From a virus, in IMG/VR virus record IMGVR_UViG_3300032770_000001, positions 187,931 to 251,930 of that record: DNA of 64,000 bases; one strand, written 5' to 3'. Every line of letters begins with the position of its first letter. Within the stretch, counting starts at the first letter, position 1. The position numbers and the translations under genes are program-made. Below are positions 27,956 to 36,308 of the stretch, piece after piece. Below the pieces are notes generated by a model, which saw nothing but the letters and a program-made list of their open reading frames with translations, had not been told where the DNA came from and searched no databases.

Positions 27956-29125
27956 ATGCCTGTTTACTTGAGAGACATTTTGCCTGTCGATTTGCTGATG
28001 AAGCACATCGAGGATGGCGTAGTCCGCAAGCAGGTACACCCTCAGTATCCTGATCTCTTCATCCTCAATTATTCTGAACATGCCCAGTTTGGCAAGATTT
28101 GGGACAACGTCACCAACAACTGCCGTGGGCTGATCGTACACGCACCCACCGGATTGCCGGATGCGGTCGTAGTTGCACGTCCGTTCAAGAAGTTCCACAA
28201 CCTGAACACGACCTACATCCCGGAGACGATGGAAGAGAATCTCCCGAAGGATGAAGTTCCGCTTGTGACCACGAAGCTGGATGGGTCAATGGGCGTACTA
28301 TACGTGTGGGACAACCTTCTTTGGATGGCAACGCGGGGCTCGTTCGCATCAGAGCAGGCGCGTTGGGCTACGGGATGGTTACGTGCGCACTTCGAGCGTC
28401 TCGGTCAGTATCGTCCGTATCATCCTTGGTTGCCGGATACGACTCCGGTATTTGAGGTCATTTACGAAGAGAATCGAATCGTAGTGGCTTATGATTTCGA
28501 GGGTTGTGTGCTGCTCGGAATCATCAACCATGAGGACGGACGTGAGTTCCGCCGCGACTCAGTTGAACGGTTCGGTGCCATGTACGATTTCAAGGTTGTG
28601 CCGAAGTTCGACAAGTCCCTGTCGGAGTGTGTTTCAGAGAACACCCTGAACGAGGAAGGTTACGTGTTGACCTATAGTAACGGTACTAAAGTAAAGGTCA
28701 AGTTCCTCGATTATTGCCGCCTCCACAAGGTTCTTACTGGTATGAATCCACGGGGGATATGGGAATTACTAGCCAAAAATCAGACCGAGACGGTAGAATT
28801 GATATTGAAGGACGAGAAAATGCCGGAGCAGTTCAAGGCATGGTTCTCCGGCTGGGTTGAGCACCTTCGCACGAAGTATCAGGATATCGAACGTCGTGCG
28901 CAGGCGGTTTTTGCAACCCGCCCCTTCACTGGTAAGTGGGCGTCGGAGCCATCGCCGGAAGGCTTGAAGTTGTGGCGTAAGACGCAGGCTTTGCACTTCC
29001 AGAAGACCCCGGACTTGTGTTCGGTTCTGTTTGCGATGCTCGACGAGAAGCCGTATGCGGAGATCATCTGGGACAGACTGAAGCCGAGAGCGGATGAAAG
29101 AACGTTCAGAAAGGACGGAGAGTAA
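27956..29125 (+). CDS. rnlA: RNA ligase, T4 Rnl1 family (tRNA repair ligase)
   Basis: Colinear with T4 gp63: CRGLIV / CRGIMF; ARPFKKFHNLN / SRPMEKFFNLN; motif I lysine in TKLDGSMGV / TKEDGSLVS; RGSFASEQARWATGWL / KGSIKSEQALMANGIL; NRIVVAYDFEGCVLLGIINHEDG / [23 protein letters not shown]. Confidence 0.85.
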   Translation: MPVYLRDILPVDLLMKHIEDGVVRKQVHPQYPDLFILNYSEHAQFGKIWDNVTNNCRGLIVHAPTGLPDAVVVARPFKKFHNLNTTYIPETMEENLPKDEVPLVTTKLDGSMGVLYVWDNLLWMATRGSFASEQARWATGWLRAHFERLGQYRPYHPWLPDTTPVFEVIYEENRIVVAYDFEGCVLLGIINHEDGREFRRDSVERFGAMYDFKVVPKFDKSLSECVSENTLNEEGYVLTYSNGTKVKVKFLDYCRLHKVLTGMNPRGIWELLAKNQTETVELILKDEKMPEQFKAWFSGWVEHLRTKYQDIERRAQAVFATRPFTGKWASEPSPEGLKLWRKTQALHFQKTPDLCSVLFAMLDEKPYAEIIWDRLKPRADERTFRKDGE

Positions 29126-29340
29126 TGACACTGTTGAATGCACTGTTCGGATGCACGCACGGGAATTACAGTTTCCCCCGTACACCCAAGGGGCCGAAAC
29201 GACCTCAGGCAGCAGCAATCACGGGCACATACGTTGTCTGTCTCGACTGCGGCAAAGAAATGCCGTATGACATGAACGAAATGAAAATCGTGGACGCTAA
29301 GAAGCTGGACGTTTCTTGCGTCCCCGTTCTGGAAGGATAA
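29125..29340 (+). CDS. Small zinc-ribbon protein
   Basis: CTHGN...CLDCGKEM pattern; ATGA-coupled to the RNA ligase gene. Confidence 0.35.
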   Translation: MTLLNALFGCTHGNYSFPRTPKGPKRPQAAAITGTYVVCLDCGKEMPYDMNEMKIVDAKKLDVSCVPVLEG

Positions 29341-29343
29341 CCC

Positions 29344-30675
29344 ATGAACTTGGCAGCTACAGTCGCTATGAACTTGGCAGCTACAGCCGTCATGAAGGAA
29401 CTGCGACGGGCGGGTCATCAGGCTTACCTCGTGGGTGGTTGTGTGCGTGACATCCTTCTCCAGCGTAAGCCAAAGGATTTCGACGTAACGACTGATGCCA
29501 CACCTGAGCAGGTTCAGGCTCTTTTTGAACACACGCTGGCAGTCGGTGCCTCTTTCGGTGTGGTGATTGTTCTGGTGGATGTCGATGGCGTTGACCATCA
29601 GATTGAAGTCGCCACGTTCCGAACCGATGGTCAGTATTCTGACGGTCGGCGACCGGATTCTGTCGTCTACAGCCTGAGTGCGGAAGAGGACGTGAAGCGT
29701 CGGGACTTCACTATTAACGGTTTGTTGTGTCTCGGCGAGGCAGACACGGGCTCCGTAGCGGAGTACGAGGCCGCTCTTACGGGTGCCACAGACCGCGTCA
29801 CGGTCGGCAATCATACGTTCGGAATCGTGGATCATGTCGGCGGTATCGCTGACATCCAGCGGGGAATTATCCGTTGCATCGGCGACCCGGATGCCCGGTT
29901 CGGCGAGGACGCCTTGCGGATGCTTCGGGCGGTTCGGTTTGCTGCTCAGCTTGGCTTCGAGATCGAGAACGCCACGTGGAGGGCAATCGAAAAGAATGCC
30001 CTCGCGATCAAGCAGGTCAGTGCGGAACGGGTTCGTGACGAACTCTTCAAGCTGTTCGCTGCTCCATTCCCGGTCGAGGGGTTGGTGCCACTGTTCAGCA
30101 CCGGGCTGGCGCAGCACGTATTTCCGGTAGAGGTTGTCCGGGAATTGCGGATGGCGTACTGCTTGCGGCGATTCGAGCGATTCAACTCTGCGCTGCCGGA
30201 AGTCGGCTTGGCGATGTTGCTCAACGACACGAACCCACGGGCGACTGTCGAACTTTGCAACGCCCTCAAGCTGCCGAACGACGTAAAGGAAGCGGTTGTG
30301 AACGGCGTGTTCTACGTCGATACGATTGCTGCCTCTCCGAAGTTCGACATGGCAACCGTTAAGCGCACGATGCGCAAGAGGGGGATCAAGATTGCTCTGG
30401 AGTTGTTCTTGCAGGATGAAATGGTCGGCAAGACGAACCGGGGCATGGAAGAGACCATGCGCATCTATAACCGATTCGCCAACTTGACTCCAGAAGAGAT
30501 TAAGCCTGCGCCGTTTATCACTGGCGACGATTTGATCGCGAAGGGGTTGACGCCCGGACCGGAGTTCCGACGCATCCTCGAAGACCTTGAGACTTACCAG
30601 TTGAACGGTGGAATCAAGTCTCGTGCTGATGCTGAGGAACGATTGAAATTCGTGTGGACGGGGGAGGCTAAGTAA
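29344..30675 (+). CDS. cca: tRNA nucleotidyltransferase (CCA-adding enzyme / poly(A) polymerase family, class II)
   Basis: Head-domain motifs YLVGGCVRDILL, KDFDV, ATFRTD, EEDVKRRDFTINGL, GDPDARFGEDALRMLRAVRFAAQLGF. N-terminus carries a 24-bp in-frame tandem duplication (MNLAATVA MNLAATAV); the true start may be the third ATG at 29392. Confidence 0.8.
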   Translation: MNLAATVAMNLAATAVMKELRRAGHQAYLVGGCVRDILLQRKPKDFDVTTDATPEQVQALFEHTLAVGASFGVVIVLVDVDGVDHQIEVATFRTDGQYSDGRRPDSVVYSLSAEEDVKRRDFTINGLLCLGEADTGSVAEYEAALTGATDRVTVGNHTFGIVDHVGGIADIQRGIIRCIGDPDARFGEDALRMLRAVRFAAQLGFEIENATWRAIEKNALAIKQVSAERVRDELFKLFAAPFPVEGLVPLFSTGLAQHVFPVEVVRELRMAYCLRRFERFNSALPEVGLAMLLNDTNPRATVELCNALKLPNDVKEAVVNGVFYVDTIAASPKFDMATVKRTMRKRGIKIALELFLQDEMVGKTNRGMEETMRIYNRFANLTPEEIKPAPFITGDDLIAKGLTPGPEFRRILEDLETYQLNGGIKSRADAEERLKFVWTGEAK

Positions 30676-31220
30676 TGCAGCCAGCCTCCCCATCCCGCTT
30701 TAAGAGCCTGACCATACTGGCGGATGTATCCACTCTCAAAGAAGCACAGTCAATCCGCGATCTTCTTGAAGTCGAATTTACCGATTTGAGTATCCGGCTT
30801 CTCCCGGTGCCGGGACTGATCCCTGAGATGTGGGAGAAAATTCTGATCCCTTCATTGCCAACGGATCAACTGGTCATTGGGTTCGGGTTGTGCGGCACCG
30901 TAGCGGCACGCATTCAGGAAACACACCCGGAGTTGGGTTTGTCGGTGATGGCGATCAACTCTCCGACTACGACCGCATTTTGGCAGGTCATCTGGAAATC
31001 GGATCAACGGGTTGCAATCTATTCCAGCAACTATGAACCGATCAAGGGCGTGAACTGGACCGGATTGGCTGAAACGGCTCTGGACGTGGACTGGCTTCAG
31101 CACGGGATGTTCTCGGAAAATGGTGGGAACCTTTGCAAATATGCCATCGCTTACTACGTCGCGGCTTACCTCATCAACCGAAATCTGGAACCAGCGGTTT
31201 CTTCATTTTCTGCTCAATAA
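30675..31220 (+). CDS. Hypothetical protein
   Basis: ORF of 181 aa, ATGA-coupled to the CCA gene. Confidence 0.4.
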   Translation: MQPASPSRFKSLTILADVSTLKEAQSIRDLLEVEFTDLSIRLLPVPGLIPEMWEKILIPSLPTDQLVIGFGLCGTVAARIQETHPELGLSVMAINSPTTTAFWQVIWKSDQRVAIYSSNYEPIKGVNWTGLAETALDVDWLQHGMFSENGGNLCKYAIAYYVAAYLINRNLEPAVSSFSAQ

Positions 31221-31240
31221 GACTCTTCCCAAAAAGTCTT
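31219..31240 (+). terminator. Weak hairpin (AAGACT-10 nt-AGTCTT) then TCTCGCGTT; possible terminator upstream of a promoter
   Basis: 6-bp stem after the stop of 30675..31220; downstream TATATT and AGAGG precede the ATG at 31272. Confidence 0.25.
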
Positions 31241-31271
31241 TCTCGCGTTATATTCAAACAGAGGTTTAACG

Positions 31272-31571
31272 ATGAAATTCTATCGCAACGCTTTACTGCT
31301 CGTGTTGTTCGCCATCGTGAACTACTACGGTATCCAGTACGGATTCCTCGGACTAAACACTGCTAACGATTTCGCGTTCATTGGCGGCTTCGTCGGCCTC
31401 GTGATTTTGTTCATCACCGATGTGCTCATCATTTGGCGTGTCATCAAGACCTACGCCAAGAAAGCTGAGGATTCACTTTGCCAAGAAAAAGCAACCCTAG
31501 CGGCGGAAGCCTCGGCTCCGTCACCGTCACCCGCTCCAACAACCCAACAAGCTTCGGAAACGTCGAAGTAA
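31272..31571 (+). CDS. Small membrane protein (2 TM)
   Basis: LLLVLFAIVNYYGIQYGFLGL and FIGGFVGLVILFITDVLIIW helices. Confidence 0.4.
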   Translation: MKFYRNALLLVLFAIVNYYGIQYGFLGLNTANDFAFIGGFVGLVILFITDVLIIWRVIKTYAKKAEDSLCQEKATLAAEASAPSPSPAPTTQQASETSK

Positions 31572-31582
31572 AGGTTCCCAAA

Positions 31583-32536
31583 ATGTCAATTGGAAAACCC
31601 ATCTCGTACATCGTCCTCGCGATTGTGTTGCTGATAATCACCATCTCAGTCGGCTGCGCTTTCAATCGCGTCAGTCCCGGTCATGCCGGGATCGTCGTCA
31701 ACCAAGCTGGTTCCAACAAGGGTGTGCAGGATCAAGTCGCACGCACCGGATGGTTCTGGATCAACCCGTTCACCGAGAATCTGATCGAGTATCAGACCTC
31801 GCAACGTATGGAGAAGTGGACTAAGGATTCGAATGAAGGCAAGCCCGGTAACACCGAAGTGTCCTTCACCAACAAAGACTCGATGGTGATTTACGCTGAT
31901 GTTGCTATCGCGTTCTCCCTCGATCCGAACAAAGTTCCGGCGTTCTACCTCAAGTTTTTGGCGACGAGTGAGGATGATCTGGATCAGAAGTTCACCAACG
32001 GCTACCTGCGCAACGATGTGCGTAACTGCCTCAACGAACTGGCTGGTCAGTACGACATCAAGCAGATCATGGGCGACAACGCCGAGTTCTTGAAGCGCAC
32101 GCAGAAGTGCATTCAGGACGACGTGATTCAGTGGGGCGTCAACATCGATCAGTTTGGTCTGATCGGGGCACCGCGTCCGCCGCAGAACGTGGTCGATTCA
32201 ATCAACCTGAAAGCACAGGCTGAACAGATCGCCACACAGAAACAGATCGAACTGACGCAGGTCCAAGCCGAAGCCGCAAAGCGTGTTGCCGAAGCTGAGG
32301 GCGATGCGAAGGCTCAGGTTACCCGCGCACAAGGTGAAGCTGAGGCAAACCGTCTCCGCAACACCAGCATCACAGAGAACATCCTGCGTATGCGTGCACT
32401 GGACAACCAGCACGATCTGATCTGGAATTTGAAAGACCATCCGGGAATCATGCCATCCACGCTAGTCATCAGCGGAGGCGGCGGCAAAGATTCCGTCCCC
32501 GGCATCCTGTTCAACGTGGACGCCGGAAAGAAGTAA
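31583..32536 (+). CDS. SPFH / band-7 (HflK/HflC, flotillin-like) domain membrane protein
   Basis: N-terminal TM (ISYIVLAIVLLIITISVGC), SPFH core starting VSPGHAGIVVNQAG, C-terminal coiled coil (AQAEQIATQKQIELTQVQAEAAKRVAEAEGDAKAQVTRAQGEAEANRLR). Confidence 0.65.
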   Translation: MSIGKPISYIVLAIVLLIITISVGCAFNRVSPGHAGIVVNQAGSNKGVQDQVARTGWFWINPFTENLIEYQTSQRMEKWTKDSNEGKPGNTEVSFTNKDSMVIYADVAIAFSLDPNKVPAFYLKFLATSEDDLDQKFTNGYLRNDVRNCLNELAGQYDIKQIMGDNAEFLKRTQKCIQDDVIQWGVNIDQFGLIGAPRPPQNVVDSINLKAQAEQIATQKQIELTQVQAEAAKRVAEAEGDAKAQVTRAQGEAEANRLRNTSITENILRMRALDNQHDLIWNLKDHPGIMPSTLVISGGGGKDSVPGILFNVDAGKK

Positions 32537-32538
32537 AC

Positions 32539-32736
32539 ATGGTGCCGACTTGCTGGCTTTGTGGGACTGTCAATGATTGCAACTGTCCCTCTCCTGAGGA
32601 GTACGAGAAGCGAAAACAGGAGCGGGAGCGACGGGAGCAACAGAAGCAGCACGAAGCCAGCATTCGGCGTCAGCGTGCCAAGATTAAAATTTCACCGTGG
32701 TATCATCCGCCCAACTCGTCCGAGGACTCAGAATAG
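32539..32736 (+). CDS. Small Cys-containing basic protein
   Basis: CWLCGTVNDCNC followed by a charged coiled segment. Confidence 0.3.
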   Translation: MVPTCWLCGTVNDCNCPSPEEYEKRKQERERREQQKQHEASIRRQRAKIKISPWYHPPNSSEDSE

Positions 32737-32918
32737 TCGCACTTTGGATCATGGTGCTGTTCTTCACCATGCTCGGAGTCGTCGGCGCTTTTCTGTTTAT
32801 CGCCTCGGCGATCACTAATCAGCCTGACGGTGGGGTCATCAGTTTTCTGCTTGTGATTTTCTGCATAAAAATGGTATTCTGGCTGCTAGATTCTCTCGTG
32901 GAGACAATGGAACGATGA
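32697..32918 (+). CDS. Small membrane protein (2 TM)
   Basis: Two hydrophobic helices; holin-like size (73 aa). Confidence 0.3.
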   Translation: MVSSAQLVRGLRIVALWIMVLFFTMLGVVGAFLFIASAITNQPDGGVISFLLVIFCIKMVFWLLDSLVETMER

Positions 32919-33688
32919 CCGAGAAGTGGCCCTCAACGCTTATCATCTGGCGGCATGGACAGAGCGAAGCTAACGTCCGCAAGGAAGCGGCAAAGAAAGC
33001 CGGACAGGAGCCTGCTTGGACTGGTCGGCTACGTGATATGGATTCCCCTCTCACGTCACTTGGTGAGCAACAGGCTCTCGTTTTGGGTCAGGAATTGGGT
33101 CGTCGCTATCCGGCGAACGACATCTACCGTATCGAGAAGCACACGTTTGAATATCCTGCGATTCGCAGCAACAAGATGATTCAAATCATCCTGTCTTCCC
33201 CATACGTGCGCACCAGACAGACTACAGCGAAGATCATCGAGGGTCTCGGTTATACGCCACGGGTTGTTTACGATGAGCGTCTCCGTGAAATCGACTTCGG
33301 GATGATGGACGGCATCGACCGTGCCACGTTCCGCACGCTTTATCCTCATGAAGCGGACCGTCGCGAGAAGGACGGCAAGTATTGGTATCGACCGCCCGGT
33401 GGTGAGAATCGCCCCGATTGCCGTATGCGCGTGCATAGCCTACTCGACACCCTGAACCGTGATTATGTCGGTATGTGCGTCGGCATTTCCACCCACAGCG
33501 TCATCAAGCTGGGCTTCCGCAGCCTGCTGGAACGCTGGGGCGAGGAAGAATACATGCAGGTTGACCGTGAGGACGACGTGAAGAATGCCAGTTTGACGGT
33601 TTACAACCGTTTTGAACAGCGCAAGCTGGTGCTTCAAGAGTACAATACGATTGTTCCGATTGGAGAAAATGATGAAAGGCTGCTCTAA
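32915..33688 (+). CDS. Histidine phosphatase superfamily (phosphoglycerate mutase-like) protein
   Basis: Catalytic RHG motif in LIIWRHGQSEAN; size and His/Arg pattern fit branch 1 histidine phosphatases. Confidence 0.6.
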   Translation: MTEKWPSTLIIWRHGQSEANVRKEAAKKAGQEPAWTGRLRDMDSPLTSLGEQQALVLGQELGRRYPANDIYRIEKHTFEYPAIRSNKMIQIILSSPYVRTRQTTAKIIEGLGYTPRVVYDERLREIDFGMMDGIDRATFRTLYPHEADRREKDGKYWYRPPGGENRPDCRMRVHSLLDTLNRDYVGMCVGISTHSVIKLGFRSLLERWGEEEYMQVDREDDVKNASLTVYNRFEQRKLVLQEYNTIVPIGENDERLL

Positions 33689-34115
33689 GGCTGCTACCGT
33701 ACCAGTGTTCGCAAACCGCGCCCCGTGGAACGAATTAGTTCTGCGTGGCAAGCGTCGAGTCAAGACCCTGAGTTTCAATTGGAAATATCGCGGTCCGATT
33801 CTTCTGTATACCTCCAAAGATCGCACCGACGATTGGGGTCTCTTCGAGTACCGCGTTCGCGGTCTCAAGATGGCGGACATTCCGACTGGTGCAATCGTCG
33901 GCATCGCCGAAGTTGTAGACGTGGTGGAAACTGATGCGTTGCCGCAGACGTTTTATGACAAAGACCCGGCTCTGTTTGATACGCTCGGACAGTCCCACGT
34001 AGTCATCATCGACAACGTGAAGCGATTCAAGACTCCGGTTCCGTTCAAACCGCCGAAGGGTGCCATCCGCATCATGAAAGCCCCGGCGTCCTTGCTCAAA
34101 AGAGCGACTGCATGA
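33669..34115 (+). CDS. Putative ASCH/PUA-like domain protein
   Basis: Start at MMKGCSK; pattern WNELVLRGKRRVKT...GPILLYTSKD...AIVGIAEVVDVVE resembles the ASCH beta-barrel; weak. Confidence 0.3.
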   Translation: MMKGCSKAATVPVFANRAPWNELVLRGKRRVKTLSFNWKYRGPILLYTSKDRTDDWGLFEYRVRGLKMADIPTGAIVGIAEVVDVVETDALPQTFYDKDPALFDTLGQSHVVIIDNVKRFKTPVPFKPPKGAIRIMKAPASLLKRATA

Positions 34116-34357
34116 ACGATCTACTCAGCTTCGAGGCTGGCGTCACCGACATAATCACTGGTAAGCCTCGCTGGACTGGCGAAGTCATCGACGTTGAATC
34201 GATGTCTATCGCTGAGGATGTGTTTACCGGGCGAGGATACTACCGCAATCTGGTGGTTCGTCGCGTCGGTGGGCATCTACCGACCGAACCCTGCTGTAGT
34301 CGTGAATCGCGCACCTTCGCTGGAGGGTGTACTTTTTGTGGAGACCCCTGTTTATGA
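34112..34357 (+). CDS. Hypothetical protein
   Basis: ORF of 81 aa. Confidence 0.3.
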   Translation: MNDLLSFEAGVTDIITGKPRWTGEVIDVESMSIAEDVFTGRGYYRNLVVRRVGGHLPTEPCCSRESRTFAGGCTFCGDPCL

Positions 34358-34725
34358 AACTTATGATTTTCGACCCCGGCACAAAGCCGCTGGAAGTTGA
34401 ACTCGCCGACATCAACAATGCCCTACAGTACATCAACCACGCTCAGTATGGTGATTCAGGTTGGGCTGTTCTAAACGATGACGGCACTGTGTTCAAATCC
34501 GGCATGGTTGAGAACTTCAGTCTCAGCGAATTCCTACCTAGTTTCAAACAGGAAGCCCTCTGCGAGAAGTGCAACGTCAATCTGGGTGTTCAGTACAGCG
34601 AGAACGAAGCCGATCAGGTTGACGATGATCTTGCCAACCAGCATCGTGTTTACAGCAGCAAGTGCTCGATGACGTATGGTTCTCAGTTCATCGTCAAGGG
34701 TGCCGTTGAGGAAGTGGAAGTATAG
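34354..34725 (+). CDS. Hypothetical protein
   Basis: Start at MKLMIFDPG with ATGA overlap. Confidence 0.35.
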   Translation: MKLMIFDPGTKPLEVELADINNALQYINHAQYGDSGWAVLNDDGTVFKSGMVENFSLSEFLPSFKQEALCEKCNVNLGVQYSENEADQVDDDLANQHRVYSSKCSMTYGSQFIVKGAVEEVEV

Positions 34726-34759
34726 CACGAAAGTGACTAACCGAAATTCCGAATTCATA

Positions 34760-34767
34760 GGTAGAAT
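34760..34767 (+). promoter_or_regulatory. Promoter motif GGTAGAAT (copy 3 of the TGGTAGAAT class)
   Basis: Followed by CAGGGGGA Shine-Dalgarno and the ATG at 34785. Confidence 0.4.
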
Positions 34768-34784
34768 CTCCTCAGGGGGATTTT

Positions 34785-34952
34785 ATGAACTTCAAGTCGG
34801 AACTGCCGGAATCGATCTTGACGGGTGGGTTTTTTCTCCTACTTGCGTGCCTTCCAGTTGCCGCAGTCGTTTATGCTGGGTACGCATCTAAACCGAAAGA
34901 GCGCCCGGTGACGCTGGAAGATCAGTATCCCGATGAGCACCTTGGAGTCTAA
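34785..34952 (+). CDS. Unannotated small membrane protein (55 aa)
   Basis: Below the ORF-track size cutoff; has its own promoter motif and SD. Hydrophobic core ILTGGFFLLLACLPVAAVVYAGY; TAATG-coupled to the next gene. Confidence 0.45.
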   Translation: MNFKSELPESILTGGFFLLLACLPVAAVVYAGYASKPKERPVTLEDQYPDEHLGV

Positions 34953-35266
34953 TGCGTAGCTTCACCGTCGTTATTAACGACAAAGAAAGCGGAGCCTTCG
35001 CGTTCGAGGAGGGCTTCTCCGTGGCTGCGATGGATATCGTTGATGCCTCGATTAAAGCCAACGACATCTGCATGGCGGTATCTCAAACCATCCGTGAAGA
35101 AAAGCAGATGTACCCCCACATTAACCCCGATTTTATCCGGGTGGACAGCATCGCCGATCAGGGCGTCCTGCTTGGCAGCGATGCCAACACCCCGACTTCC
35201 ACATGGATTTCCGAGTACGTTACTGATATACTAAAGCGGAACCTCCCTGAGGGCATTGATGACTGA
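34952..35266 (+). CDS. Hypothetical protein
   Basis: ORF of 104 aa. Confidence 0.35.
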   Translation: MRSFTVVINDKESGAFAFEEGFSVAAMDIVDASIKANDICMAVSQTIREEKQMYPHINPDFIRVDSIADQGVLLGSDANTPTSTWISEYVTDILKRNLPEGIDD

Positions 35267-35510
35267 GAAGTTCGCTACCAAGTGCTTCTACCGCGAAAAC
35301 GGGCTGCACTGCGAGTCTGGTTTGCTTTACCACTCCGACAGCGATAATGCCGCTCTGCTTGAGGGCACGATGATGCATTGTCCCGCGTGCGAGGGCAAAG
35401 GTGTGATCTTGACTGATCTCGCCAAAGAGTTCATCACGTTTCTGCAAACACAAGGGCGACCGTTCATTTATGAACTGGTCACGGAAATTCTGGAGGATAA
35501 ACTGCGCTAG
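35256..35510 (+). CDS. Hypothetical Cys-containing protein
   Basis: Contains CPACEGKG. Confidence 0.3.
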   Translation: MMTEKFATKCFYRENGLHCESGLLYHSDSDNAALLEGTMMHCPACEGKGVILTDLAKEFITFLQTQGRPFIYELVTEILEDKLR

Positions 35511-35512
35511 GT

Positions 35513-35788
35513 ATGCCTCGGTTCGAAGATGAATTTACGGACGAATTGATCCACAAGCACGAGATGGAGTATATCCATCCGGAGCCGTTCGATCCTCCCG
35601 ACTACGGGTACGATTACGAGGAGCCTGTGGAGGGTGAGTTCGAGCATTACGAGGGTGACGAAGGCGTCAAGCCGGAAGAACCTGACACGATCTGCAAGAC
35701 CTGTGACGGCACCGGGGAGTTTCCGGACGATCATTTGTGCAAGGATTGCCAAGGCAAGGGCTACACCACGCCTGAGCCGAAGAAGTAG
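35513..35788 (+). CDS. Small acidic protein with DnaJ-type CxxCxGxG zinc-finger repeats
   Basis: CKTCDGTGEF...CKDCQGKGY. Confidence 0.4.
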   Translation: MPRFEDEFTDELIHKHEMEYIHPEPFDPPDYGYDYEEPVEGEFEHYEGDEGVKPEEPDTICKTCDGTGEFPDDHLCKDCQGKGYTTPEPKK

Positions 35789-35861
35789 GCTTTCCGGTTC
35801 TTTAGTAGTGAATCCCCTGCTCAAATCCGCCGCCAAAATAACCCCTGAATTACAGGCGTTC

Positions 35862-36251
35862 ATGGATGAATTTTATGCCGGGACGCAATCGAGCCCTATG
35901 CGGTCCGCCGACCGAATCTGGCGGGGTAAGGTCATGATTGAAGCACGCCCGTTCGACAAGCGAATCCACATTTCCGACATCCTGTCGTTAGAGCGCGGTC
36001 AGAAGAATGCTTCCCAAGCGTTACAGTGGCTCTGTAGCCTCGCGGACAAGCACGGGGTGGGTATGAGCCTAGTCCCCAAAGCTCACGGCACAGGCGGTCT
36101 GGATGATGCCCAATTGAGAGCGTGGTACATCCGTTACGGTTTCCAGCCGCACATGGGCTCCAAGCTCGTCCGGGAGCCGCGCACGACCCTGAAGCTTTCC
36201 CCCGGCAAGATGAAAGTCATTCCCATCAATCCGCAAAGTGATGAAAAATAA
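35862..36251 (+). CDS. Possible GNAT-fold acetyltransferase (start uncertain)
   Basis: LERGQKNASQALQWLCSLADKHGV resembles GNAT motif A; alternative starts at 35808 (GTG) or 35934. Confidence 0.25.
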   Translation: MDEFYAGTQSSPMRSADRIWRGKVMIEARPFDKRIHISDILSLERGQKNASQALQWLCSLADKHGVGMSLVPKAHGTGGLDDAQLRAWYIRYGFQPHMGSKLVREPRTTLKLSPGKMKVIPINPQSDEK

Positions 36252-36292
36252 GGGAATATAGTCCCAAAAAACTACCTTTTCTGAGCCTCCCG

Positions 36293-36302
36293 CTGGTATA
36301 AT
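36293..36302 (+). promoter_or_regulatory. Extended -10 promoter motif CTGGTATAAT (copy 4)
   Basis: Consensus TGnTATAAT element 6 nt before AGAGG-N3-ATG at 36309. Confidence 0.5.
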
Positions 36303-36308
36303 AGAGGC

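Noticed and set aside
28879-30693. 604-aa minus-strand ORF
   Set aside because: Antisense to the strongly supported RNA ligase and CCA genes; low-complexity Arg/Leu composition. Spurious.
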